Assembly (NCBI RefSeq): GCF_009914755.1
Contig: NC_060935.1
Reading direction: 5' to 3' (one strand)
Source of the DNA: the human T2T-CHM13v2.0 reference genome, Homo sapiens
Length of the DNA stretch: 64,000 nt
Shown here: positions 51,760 to 64,000 of the stretch, in pieces
How positions within the stretch are numbered: position 1 is the stretch's first letter
Layout: each line of letters opens with the position of its first letter
Position numbers and translations under genes: made by a program
The notes under the pieces: generated by a model
What the model was told of the DNA's origin: nothing
What the model saw: only the letters and a program-made list of their open reading frames with translations
Database searches by the model: none

Positions 51760-52381
51760 TTATTATTAATATTATTATATTAACTTTTATTTTAAGTTCA
51801 GGAGCACATGTGCAGGTTTGTTATGTAGGTAAACTCATGTCACAGGGGTTTGTTGTACAGATTATTTCATCACCCAGCTATTAAACCTATAATCATTAAT
51901 TATTTTTCCTGATCCTCTCCCTCCTCCCACCCTCCATCCTCTGATAGGCCCCAGCCAGTGTCTGTTGTCCTCCTCTACATGTCCATGTGTTCTCATCATT
52001 TAGCTCCCACTTATAAGTGAAACCATGCAGCATTTGGTTTTCTGTTCCTATGTTATTTTGCTAAGGAAAAAGGCCTCCAGCTCCATCCATGTTCCTGCAA
52101 AGAACATGATCTTGTTTCTTTTTTATGGATGCATAGTATTCCAGGCTATATGTGCACCATATTTTCTTTATCCAGTCTATCACTGATGGGCATTTAGGTT
52201 GACTCCATGTCTTTGCTATTGTAAATGGTTCTGCAATGAACAAATGCATGCATGTGTCTTTATGGTAGAACAATTTATATTATTTTGGGTATTCTAATGG
52301 GATTGCTGGGTCAAATGGTATTTCTGTCTTTAGGTCTTTGAGGAATCACTACACTGTTTTCCACAATGGTCAAACTAATTT
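51760..52381 (-). mobile_element. L1PA13-like 3' fragment
   Basis: TTTTAAGTTCAGG..CACATGTGCAGGTTTGTTA..TAGGTAAACT..GGGGTTTGTTGTACAGATTATTTCATCACCCAG; ORF 52061-52273 (-) resembles the ORF2 C-terminus. Confidence 0.92.
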
Positions 52382-52570
52382 TAAAGAACCTTCTTGGGGA
52401 GTGATTGTGCAGTTGTTAAGTGACCTCCTATAATATATTGTTGTTGAGAGGACTTTCTTTTTGGGTGCAAGTATATAATACTTAAAGAAAACCCAATATG
52501 AAAGCTTTATTAAAGAAAAAGAAAGATTAGTAAACTGGGAATTAACTATTTGCTTTTAAAACAGAAGTCT

Positions 52571-52715
52571 CCACAGGGCATGGGGTCTCATTCTTGTAAT
52601 TCTAGCACTTTGGGAGGTTAAGGTGGGAGAATTGCTTGGGCCCAGGGTTTCAAGACCAGCCTGGGCAATATAGTGAAACCCTGTGCTAAAAAAACAAAAA
52701 AGAAAAAAAGAAAAG
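52571..52715 (+). mobile_element. Free left Alu monomer (FLAM_C-like)
   Basis: Single arm plus A tail; exact TSD AAAACAGAAGTC on both sides. Confidence 0.9.
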
Positions 52716-55120
52716 AAAACAGAAGTCAGTGTTTAATTCTTTTAAACCTGGGATAAAAATATTGCTTCCTGGAACATACTATTTTTCACAATAAAATTTG
52801 AGAATAACTCCCTAAAAACCAAATGAGTGATTCTGCTTCAAAGAAGGTGTAGTAGATACATGTTTTCCTATTTTTTCCCTCTAAGTACAATGGAAAACTT
52901 TGGACATTATATATAAAACAAAGGTAGAAAGGCTTTAAAGGGAAGAGAAGAATGTAGATTGGCTGGGGACTTAGGGACCATGGAACAAAACAATGGTGAG
53001 TTCTCTGGGTTCCTGGGCTTTCTTTTTGCCGCAGCTATTCCAGACTTGAGAATAAGGAAGATGATAACCTAGAAATGCCAATGGGCACAGACAAAAAAAG
53101 CCACAACAAAAGACTGTTCTCTTTAGCCAAGGAACAGGAAATGAGTAGCCCAGCAAGACAGAGGACCTTTAGACCAGAACCACTCTACTCCAGTCAGACA
53201 CAACAGGGAAAAACAAAACAACAACAACAAGAAAAACACTGTAGCCCCATCTCCAGTCATACCAGGAAAGGCCTAATGGGGACTCTAGATTTCTACCCTA
53301 ATTAGGCCGTAATAAGGGCCGCAACACTATTTCTTACCTCCACCATTCCTCCAGGGTGGTGTCAGAAAATGCTGAATAGAAAATCAGGACTTTATTCCTG
53401 CCTGGCGAGAAGAAGTATCCACACCACAGTATCAGTGGAGACTATGTGGGAGCCTGGAGTTTTACCTCCACCCAGCAGTGAAGAGGTGCCTCTCCCTCCC
53501 TCTTTCCCCAAATAGTGTCATGTCAGAGGATGCCTAGTGCAGGGTCAGGACCTTTGTCACAGCAGTAGTGTGACTCTCCCCATGGCATCAGTGGAGGCCA
53601 TGGGAGATGCGGTAATAAGGCATTCATACTCCTTCCAGCCAGGGAGGTATGAGTGGAGCCCTACTGGGGAGCTAAAACACTGACCCCCATCCAGCAGTAA
53701 TGAGGAGCTTCCTTGAGTATCCATAGAGGTTAAATGTGGAACATGAACGTCTGTCCCCACATGGCAGTAATGAGGGGTGATCCTCTTTCCCTTGCCAGAG
53801 CAATGTCAGAGGAAGCCAGTGAAAACAGAGGTTTAAATAAAATCCGGAGTCTTATAACACCACAAATGTTCAGGTTTTAATTTAAAAATCACTCGTCATA
53901 CCAGGATCTCAAATGGAACAAGACAAAAACAGACAATAGATTCCCTTATCAAGATGATAGACATGTTAGAATTATCTACAATTATTTTACAGTAGCCCTC
54001 ATAAAAATGCTTCAAGGAGCAATTAGTAACATACTTGGAAAAAATGTAAAACTAGAATGTCTCAGGAAAGTAATAGAAAGTCTCAGCAAAGAAATAGAAG
54101 GAATAAGTTAATAAATGGAAATTCTAGAACTGAAAAATACAATAATTGATGTAAAAACTCAGTGGATGAGCTAAACAGCAGAATAAAGAGGAAAGAGGAA
54201 ATAATCAGTGAACTAGAAGAGGGAATAATAAAAATTACCCAACCTGATAGAATTTAAAAAAAAGAAACAAATTCACAATTATAGTTGAATACTGCAATAT
54301 TCCTTTCTTAACAATTGATAGACTACTTAGACAAAAAATTGGCAAGGATATAGAAGAACTCAACAGAACTCAACATCATCAACCATTAGGATGGAACTGA
54401 CATTTATAGTGCCCTCTACCAAACATCAGCAGAATACAAATTCTTTTCAAGTGTTTACAGAATATATCGCCAGATAAGCCATATCCTAGTGTATAAAAAC
54501 AAAGCAAACAAACAAAAAACCTCCAAAATTTAGCAAATTAAAAAGAGTTGAAATCATACTGAGTGTGTTCTCTAGCCCAAATGGAATGAAATTAAAAACA
54601 ATAGAAAGTTACAGAAAATTCTCCAAACACTTGAAAACTAAATAACAAGCTTTTAAATAAACTTGGTTATTTAGAAAGAGGATCAAAAAGGACGGCTCAA
54701 GAGAATTTTTAAAAAACTGTTCACCTACCTGAATGAAAATGAAAATAAAAAGTATCAAAATTTGTGGGACACAGCCAAAGCAGTACTGAGAGGGAAATTT
54801 ATAGCACTAAAAGCATACATTAGAAAAGAGAAATGTCCTCAAATCAGTCATCTAAACTCACATCTCAATAAAAAAGAACAAAAATAAATACAATGCAAGC
54901 AGAAAGAAGGAAATAATAAAGAGCATAAATTAATGAAGAGGAAAACAGAAAACAATAGAGAAAATCACTGAAACAGTTTGTTCTTTGAAAAGATCAATAA
55001 AATAGACAAACTTCTAGTAGAACTGATAAAGAAAAAAATAGAGAAGACACAAATGACTGGTATCAGGGATGAAACAAGAGAAATCTTTATAAAACCTGCA
55101 GACTTAAAAAGACAATAAGG

Positions 55121-55505
<385 letters not shown>

Positions 55506-56425
55506 CTACCACAACTATCCAATATGAAATAGATAATTTAATAGCACTATAAATATTAAGGAAATTGAATTGGTAATTAAAATAAAAACTGTTCCTCTCA
55601 AAGAAATTTTCACACATTGATGATGATTTCACTGAAGAACCCTAACAAACATTTGAAAAAGAATAACAATAGCTTCCATAAAATAGAAAAAGTGAGGTGG
55701 GAGGACACATTCTAATTCATTTTCTGAAGCTAGTGTTACCCTGATCCAAAACAAGAGAAAGACAGCTCAAACAAAGAAGCTGCAGACCAATATCTCTCAT
55801 ATATATAAATACAAAAACCCTTACCAAAATATTGGCAAATAGAATTCACAGTATGTAAAAAGAATTATAGATTAGACCACATGGGATTTATTCCACAGAT
55901 GCAAAGCTGTTTCAGTATTTGAAAATCTATGTAGTCTATCATATTAACAGGTTAAAAAGGAAAAATCACGTGATCATATTAAAATCATGCAGAAAAAGTA
56001 TTTGATAAAATTTAATACCCATTCATGATGCTGTCAGAAAAATACAAAGAGAGGGAAACTTCTTCAACTTGATAAAGAGTAGCTACAAAATACCTGCAGC
56101 TTCCATTGTACTTAATAGTGAAAGACTGAATGCTTTACCCCTAAGATTGGGAAAGAGGCAAGGATGTCCACCCTTATTCAACATCATCTTTAGTCAACAT
56201 TGTACTGTAAGTTCTAGTGAGTGCATTAAGGCAAAAACAAACAAACAAAAAAACCCCAAAAAACAGAAATAGAAGGCCTATGTATTGGAAAGGAAGAAGT
56301 AAAATCGTCCTTATGACATGAATGTATATGTAGAAAATGCGAGGGAATCTACAAAAACTTCCTAGAACTGAAAGATGAGTTCAACAAGGTTACAGGATAC
56401 AGGATAAACATAGAAAGGCCATTTT

Positions 56426-56734
56426 GGCTGGGCATGGTGGCTCACACATGTAATCCCAGCACTCTGGGAGGCCAAGGTGGGCAGAAGGCTTTGAGCTCAG
56501 GAGTTTGAGACCAGCCTGGGCAATATAGTGAAATCCCATCTCTACAAAAATAGCCAGGTGTGGCTGCAAGCGTCTGTGGTCCCAGCTACTCTGGAGACTG
56601 AGTGGGAGGATCACTTGAGCCTAGGAGGTAGAGGTTGCAGAGGTTTCAGTGAGCTGAAATTGTGCCACTGCGACTCCAGCCTGGGTGAGATCGAGACCTT
56701 GTCTCAAAAAAAAAAAGAAGGTAAGAAAAGAAAA
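56426..56734 (+). mobile_element. Alu SINE (AluJb-like)
   Basis: Dimeric diverged Alu; degenerate TSD AGAAAGGCCATTTT / AGAAAAGACAATTTT. Confidence 0.93.
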
Positions 56735-57341
56735 AGAAAAGACAATTTTATCTCTACAAACTAGCAATGGGCATGTGGATATAAAATGTAACTATACAAT
56801 ATCATTTACAATTGCTAAAAAGAAGTAAAGTACTTAGGTATAAATCCAACAAAATGTTTGCAAGAAGTATATGCTGAGAACTACAAAAGCCTGGTGAAAG
56901 AAATTAAAGAAGACTTAAATAAATGGACAGACATATATTGTGTTCATGCATCAGAAAACTTAACATGGTAAAGATGTCTGTTATCCTCAAACTGACATAC
57001 AGGTTTAACCCAATTCCTATCAAAGACCCTGCAAGATATATTATAAATACAGACAAGATTATTTTACAATTTATATGAAAAGGCAACATAACTAATTAAA
57101 GTAATTTTTAAAAAGAAAATAAGGTGGCAGCGGTCATTCTACTCCAATTCAAGACTATTTATCTGGCTATAGTAATCAAAACTGTATGACACGGTTGAGG
57201 GACAGACACACAGATCAAAGAAACAGAACCCATAAGTAGACCTAAACAGATGCACCAACTGATTTTTGACAAAGGTGCAAAAGCAATACAATGGAGGAAG
57301 GATAGTCTTTTCAAAAAGCAGAAACAGACACTTATAAGCAT

Positions 57342-57373
57342 AAACAAAACAAAACAAAACAAAACAAAAAAAA
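57342..57373. repeat. (AAAAC)n microsatellite
   Basis: About 5 AAAAC units. Confidence 0.9.
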
Positions 57374-57845
57374 CAACCTCAACTTCAGTCTCATAGTTTA
57401 TACAATAATTAACTGAAAATGGATTATGGATTTAAATATAAAACATAAAACTATAAAACATATAGAAAAAAACAGAAGAGAAAGTATCTGGGATCTAAAA
57501 CTAGGCAAAGAATTCCAAAAGCATGATCTATTAAAGAAAACATTTAAAAACTGGACTATATCAACAATTTAAAAACATTTTGTGAAAAACTTTGTTAAGA
57601 GGATAAAAAGACAAGCTACAGACTGGGAGAAAATATTTGCAAATTATATAGTTATGATATCTGGATCCAAAATATATAAAGAATTCTCAAAACTGAAAAC
57701 AAAAAAACCTAATTTAAAAAATTTTATATTTGGGAAGACATTTCACCAAAGAACACATCAGAGTCAAATATGCACATGGAAAAGTTCTTAACACCATTAG
57801 TCACTGGGGCAATGCAAATTACATAATGAAATGTAATAATGAAAT

Positions 57846-58222
57846 TGTATTAGTCTGTTCTCATATTGCTATAGGGAAATACCCCAGACTGGGTAATTTA
57901 TAAAGGAAAGAGGTTTAATTGACTTACAGCTCTGCCTGGTTGGGGAGGCCTCAGGAAACTTACCATCATGTTGGAAGGCAAAGGGGAAGTAAGCTTGGAC
58001 CTTCTCACATGGCAGCAGGAGAGAGAAGAGTGAGTAAGAGAGGAACTGTCAAACACTTATGAAACCATCAGATCTCGTGAGAACTCACTCACTATCATGA
58101 GAACAGCATGAGAGGGACCACCCCCATGACCCAATCACCTCCCACCAGATCTCTCCCTCAACACCTGGGGGATTACAATTCAAGATAAAATTTGGGTGGG
58201 GACACAAAGCCTAACTACATCA
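57846..58222 (-). mobile_element. THE1D-like solo LTR
   Basis: TGTATTAGTCTGTTCTC...GGAGGCCTCAGGAAACTTAC...TTTGGGTGGGGACACA..CATCA; 5-bp TSD GAAAT. Confidence 0.93.
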
Positions 58223-59805
58223 GAAATACCTAATATGGGCACATATTGGAATGGCAAAAATTTAAAAAGACTGACCATACCAAATGTTAATGAGGATGTA
58301 GGAGAGCTGGGATTCTCATATATGGAACTCTCAGATATGGCTGGAGGGAGTGTAAAGTAGTACAAACACTTTGGAAAACAGTTCAGCTGTGTCTTAGAAA
58401 GTTAAACACATAGCTAACATACGACCCAGTCATTCTATTCTTAGGTATTTACCTAAGATAAATGAAAGCATACAACCATATAAAGACTTATTTATGAATG
58501 TTCATAGCAGTTTTATTTCTAATAGCCCCAAACTGGAAACAACCCAAAAGCCCATCAGCAGATGAATGCACAAACTGTATTTAAAACAGTTATCAAACAA
58601 ATTGGAATATTACTCATCAATAAAAAGGAATGAATGATTGATGCACACGTTAATATGGAGAAAATAGTTTTGCTGAATGAAAGAAGCCAGACAAGAAAGA
58701 GTACATAGTGTGGGATTCCAGTTATATAAAATTCTAGAAAATGTAAACTAATCTATAGTGACAGCAGATCAGTGGTTACATGGGGATGGGGTAGGGAACG
58801 GATGGGAAGGCATGAGAGGGAGGGATTACTAAGGGGAATAAGGAAACTTTTAGGGTATATGGATATGTTCATTATCTTGAAGGTAGTGATTGTTTCATGG
58901 GTTTATACTTATGTCAGAATTTATCAGATTGTATGCTCTAAATATGTGCAGTCTATTGTATAATGATTATCCCAAATACACCTGTTAAAAAGTGTGTTAA
59001 TAAAGTTTTGACCATTGATCACAATTATTACATAGCCATTTACCTCAATTCACCAGTATTTGCGGAGCACTGGTGTAATGCAATTAGCTATAATCAAACC
59101 ACAAAATGGCAGTAATGTAAATATCTGATGGTTTTAGATTTTTTCCAAACTCATCATAATTAAATTATAATAGTTGACTGGTTTGAAGGAGTTCAGATGA
59201 CTCAAAACAGATTCTTCCTAGGAAGGTATAGAGAGTTTCAATTTACAGATATAATGGCTATTGAAAATCTGTTATAATGTAAGAAAATAAATTAAAAACA
59301 TATTTTTTAAAATGAGGGAAGGACATCTCCAAAATTAAAAAATGAGCTCTCTGTATTTAAAATAGGATTTGGCTTACAAAGCCTTCAATTGCACTTAACT
59401 TTTGTGAGAAATATTTATCCCTTAAAAGGATGTGTAGTCAAAGTGGTCACACTGACCCAGAACAGTAGCCAGAGTCAATCAACATTATTTTTATAGATTT
59501 TTGTGGACTTGGTTTCAAAATTGTTGTTTTTTCCTAATTTAAAATTTTATTTTTGAAATTCATTCATTGGGTTCCAAAGTCCTGCCCTTGTGAATAAATG
59601 GATGTATTCATACACATATTTGGTTGTTTATAAAATCTGCTTTGCATTTTCACACCATTGCAATGTTGTTCTAAGGTCATAGAATTACTTTTAAGAACAA
59701 CATTAATACAATTCATAATGTTGATTTTTCTTCATGCTAAAGTGCTTTACATGTATCCCTATAGCCGTGTACTAGCTGCCTTTGCCTGGTTACGGCAAAG
59801 TATTT

Positions 59806-60078
59806 ATATATATATATATTTTTTTATTATACTTTAAGTTCTAGGGTACATGTGCACAACATGCAGGTTTGTTACATATGTATACATGTGCCATGTTGAT
59901 GTGCTGCACCCATTAACTCATCATTTACATCAGGTATATCTCCTAATGCTATCCCTCCCCCCTCCCCCCACCCCACAACAGGCCCTGGTGTGTGATATTC
60001 TCCTTCCTGTGTCCAGGTGTTCTCATTGTTCAATTCCCATCTATGAGTGAGAACATGCATTGTTTGGTTTTTTGTCCT
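59806..60078 (-). mobile_element. L1PA4/5-like 3' end fragment
   Basis: TTATTATACTTTAAGTTCTAGGGTACATGTGCACAAC...; TSD TACGGCAAAGTATTT / TACTGCAAGGTATTT; tail converted to (TA)n. Confidence 0.95.
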
Positions 60079-60621
60079 ACTGCAAGGTATTTTTAATCAT
60101 TTGAGAGAGAAGGGTTTTTCTTTAAATCCATAGCTATTATAAGGCAAACCATTCTCAGCACTGGTGGGTAGTTTCATGGACTTATTATGCAAAGGAAATC
60201 ATATCAGCAGTGATGAGCAGTTGAAGATTTCTCAGGTAGAAGTACAAAGATGAGACAGAGTCAGTCCAAAGCATTGGCAACTAAGTCTCAAAGTAAGGTA
60301 GCATTTGTGGAAATAAAGGGGGTAGTGGATCCTAGCTATAGTGTGGAAACAAGTAGAAGTTGGCTTATTGAGTGTGCTCATCAGCAAGTCATGCAGGGAC
60401 CTCAGAAGCTGGTAGAGGGAAGAGAAGAAAGCTTGGAACTGCCAAGCCCAAGATGAGGGTGCCAAGGCTGTAAAATAGGACTGGTCTCTGATGGAGTCAT
60501 AGAGAGGCCATCAGCATCACATTAAGTAAACAATACGTGGCTCCTTGAGCTAATAGGCCAGCATCTATAACTAAGTGGAAACTTTTTGGCAAGAAAGGCA
60601 AGATCCCAGGCTCTTCTAGAA

Positions 60622-60829
60622 CAGAGGTTAACAAACTTTGGCCTTTGGGCCAAACATAGCCCGTGACCTGTCACAGCTTTACTTGTTGATAAATAACGCT
60701 GTACAGAAGCACATGTCTGTTCACATGTTACAATGACAGAATTGAGGAGTTGTGACAGATACTGCAGGGCTTGCAAAGCCAAAAATATACTCTATCTAGC
60801 CCTTTGCAGAAAATGTTTGGCAACCTCTG
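60622..60829. mobile_element. MER58A hAT-Charlie MITE
   Basis: TIRs CAGAGGTTAACAAAC / GTTTGGCAACCTCTG; 8-bp TSD TTCTAGAA / TCCTAGAA. Confidence 0.9.
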
Positions 60830-61367
60830 TCCTAGAAGATGGTGAGGCTTGGAGGCAGTATTGTGTTTCCAAGTGATATGTTTATCATGGACTGAGGGAA
60901 ACCACTGAAAAGAAGGAAATGGCAAGGTTTAGGCAGGATGTCAAGACCGTATCTGAATAGTCTAGAGTCCAAGACGCCAGGTGTAGGCAGAAACCAAAGC
61001 AAAAGATCTCTCCTATTGATTGGACAAACATGGGGAGGATTAAGGCAAGAATGAGGCTCATTAGGCTTGTGAAATCCAAGCGCACCTTATAATAGATATA
61101 GACAATTCCAAAGCAAGGACAGCAAGTCCAGTTTCAATGATTGGCTGATGGGTTTCAGCCAATGGTCAGTTTGAAATGCTCAGTGCTGAGTGGGGCTGGG
61201 AAGGCAGAGACTGCCCCGGGAGTAAGGAACTATTAAGTCCAAATAACCTGGATCTTTCTGCTAGACAATAAGAGGATGGCGCTATCCTCTCTACTTCCTG
61301 TTCAATATAGTAGCTCATCACACTCATCAACAAAAGGAATGCAATGGAAATTAAAATATCTCCCAGA

Positions 61368-61552
61368 TATGGTTGTCAGATTTAGCAAATAAAAATACAG
61401 AACACCTAGTTAAATTTGAATTTCAGATACACAAAGAAAAAAATTTAATGTAAGTTTGTCTGAAATATTGCATTGGACATAATTATACTAAAATTATTTA
61501 TTATTTGAAATTCTAATTTCAGTGAGAGTCCCGCATTTTGTCTGGCAACACA
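61368..61552. mobile_element. MER53 palindromic hAT MITE
   Basis: GGTTGTCAGATTTAGCAAATAAAAATACAG..AGTTAAATTTGAATTTCAGAT ... TTTGAAATTCTAATTT..TCTGGCAAC. Confidence 0.88.
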
Positions 61553-62389
61553 ATTCCCCGGAAACTGGCCACCTTTGTGATAAATTATGATTAACAAAAC
61601 AATGTTTTAACTTCTGGGGCAGTAAGAAATTTCTAGACCTCTGGTCCTTTTTGTTTCTCCCTCTGTCTACATACTTCCTTTCCCACCTCCTTTTATCTCC
61701 TCTCTATCACTTCCATTTCAAGGCTTGTCCAGGAGGGAGGACCAGTCACATCTGTCAATACTTCCAAGAATTATCATATGGCTTTAACTCTCATTGATTA
61801 AACCAGAGAAAGGCTGGAAACAGAGAAAGAAGAAGTCAACCTTCTTAAAGTGACTCACAGGAAGGAAACCTGGTGGACGGACAGTTTGATGATTGGTTTC
61901 TGACTCACTGGAGATTTCTTTGCTAGAGATATGCATCATTAATTTGGTATCAACAAACCATTGACATTTCCCGGGCAGTACACAGAATGCTGTCGTGGTA
62001 AAAACAGGTTTAGATTAACTGCTGGGCACTTCCTGGTTCCAAACATTAAATTAAAATGGAGATTTTTGGGTTTCATGGAAATCTCTGAGATAAAAAGCAG
62101 AAGACTCTGTGAGAACCACGCTCACAGTTTTCAGGCATCACCCCAGCACTATATTCTGTGAAGATGTTCTTGGGAAAGGTTCAAGAGAAGTCAAATCTGT
62201 GTAACTTGCTGTATGCTGTGGTCACAGTGGATAAACCTCACCTGCAGTGAAGAGGATGTGGGCAAAGATTATGCTCAGTGATGACTTTAGAAGCTTGGGC
62301 AATATGTAAAAAACACTTACAAGACATTAAACTGATGGGATTTTCATTATTCTTCCCTACCAATCATTCTCTAGTGACCTTTCCACCAC

Positions 62390-63157
62390 TGTGACAGTAT
62401 TGGAGGCACCCATGAGGATCTCCCTCTGAGAAAGAACTTGCTGTTCAGCTGCAAGGAGTGCAGTTAGTTTGCAGCCCCAAGCTGTTTGCACCTTAGCATT
62501 GTCTCATCTTTGAAGCTCAGGCCATCCTCTTCTTGGGCAGCCCCCAGAGAAGGGCTGAGCACAGAGGGGTTGCTATGGCTTGGCCATTTCTTTCAACATG
62601 GGGCTCCTCAAATGAGCAATATTTGTTTTCGAAATGCCCATGAAGTGAGCCAAAACTTTGTCAGGTCTGCACTGAGCTCTGAGGCTCATGCAGTCCAATC
62701 CTGTTTCCTCCCCATTTTGTCTTCATTTCCCAATGCAATTGATTCAATGATTGTGTCCCCTAAAATTCATATGTGGAAATCCTAACCTCCAAGGTGATGG
62801 TATGAGCAGGTGGGGACTTTGGGTGACAATTAGGTCATGAGTGTACAGCCCTCGTGAATGGGATCAGTGCCTTTATAAAAAAGAACCCCAGAGAGCTCTC
62901 TCACTCTTTCCACCATGGGAGGATACAATGAGAAGTTGGAATCTGCAACCCAGAAGAGGGCCCTGACCATAACCCAACCATGTTGGCACCCTGATCTTAG
63001 ACTTCCACCTCCAGAACTGTGAAAAATAAACTTCTGTTGTTTCAGCCACCCAGTCTGTGATACTTTGTTACAGCAGCCAGAACTAACACACCCAAGAAAC
63101 CTCTTGCTTTCCTAATTCTGCCTTCTTGGCCACTTCCCTGAGAGCACATCTGACACA
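62390..63157 (+). mobile_element. LTR16A-like ERVL LTR interrupted by MLT1A1
   Basis: AAAGAACTTGCTGTTCAGCTGCAAGGAGTGCAGTTAG...GGGCAGCCCCCAG...GGCCATTTC...CCAATCCTGTTTCCTCCCC; resumes after the insert. Confidence 0.75.
62734..63090 (+). mobile_element. MLT1A1-like MaLR solo LTR
   Basis: TG...CA, TGTGTCCCCTAAAATTCATATG, CTCCAGAACTGTGAAAAATAAAC; exact 5-bp TSD CCCAA. Confidence 0.92.
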
Positions 63158-64000
63158 CTATCATGGCTTCAAGGAAGCAGGCAGAATGGGTGCCATTTTA
63201 ACAAAAGAAAATAAATTTTATGGGGAAAGTTCTTACCAGAAAGGAAGGGGACAAAAGGTTAAGTTCAGTCCTTCCTGCCCAAGAGAGATTGTGAATGAGA
63301 AAGAAATAGAGGCAGAGTGTGACCTTCAAATATTAGGGTCTTGCCTCCACTCTTCCTTGGGGTCAAGCCTTGTTGGGGGCGGGCTATAGAAGCATTTAGA
63401 AAGGTATTAGGAACCTAAGAACATTGGGCAAGTGACATACTTTCCCACACATGGCCTGGAGGAGGCTGAAAGCACCTAGGAGAAGCCTCGTATTTGTCTT
63501 GGCACCATGTCTAACATGGCTTGAATGAGATAGTGCAGCATTAGCAGACAGAGGAACCTTCATAGACAGCAATGTGATGTTTCCCTATGTTTCTACAGGC
63601 CCCGGTAAAGGTCAGGGAAATTCAAGGGAGACTGCTGAAAATGTAGAGGCCTGAGGTTGGGAAGTGGAAGCCACTGAGATCAAGGACTTTGATTTCTAGG
63701 GACAATGACATTGTCAGTGTTCCACAGCTATGAATGCCATTGCATGCCAATGGAGGGCCTAAACCAGGATCACCTCAGGGGAACTAGCATAGGACCTGAT
63801 TCCCACATGCATAGTCACATGGTAATGCCACTCCCACCAACCACAGAAACAGGTGCTAACGTTGGGGAACTTAAGGATGCTGGAAGAGACCAAGAGTCCC
63901 TGATTGTGTAAGTCTGGTCTTTTCCTCGTTTCTCCACAGGGTTAAGGGCGCACAGGGAAGATTTGATCAGTTACAGAAAACAAAGAAGCTGCATATTTTT

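Overview
This is primate, human-like, repeat-dense non-coding DNA (intergenic or deep intronic). I find no host protein-coding exon, tRNA, rRNA or CRISPR array. Nearly all ORFs in the track are chance frames or remnants of L1, THE1 or Alu elements. Main content: a full-length but dead L1PA6/PA7-like LINE-1 (5991-12550), a complete two-LTR THE1A MaLR (31942-34217), a long old L1M element with nested Alus and an LTR (about 52830-58990), eight Alu/FLAM copies, many solo LTRs, MIR and L2 relics, hAT MITEs (MER1A, MER20, MER53, MER58A) and a fossil hAT (Blackjack-like) transposase. The sequence does not support a new biological system. The most unusual signals are non-canonical insertion or repair events: (1) a young 1.09-kb L1 ORF2 internal fragment with an open RT frame, a 13-bp TSD and no poly(A), inside MER1A; (2) a 389-bp foreign sequence captured inside L1 ORF2, carrying a micro-exon-like splice cassette on the minus strand; (3) an approximately 89-bp direct repeat flanking an old L1; (4) a THE1 LTR cut off by a 40-bp L1 tail; (5) a roughly 58-bp A-tailed retro-insert in a MIR. 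Subfamily names come from remembered consensus features, not a database search, and boundaries of old repeats are approximate.
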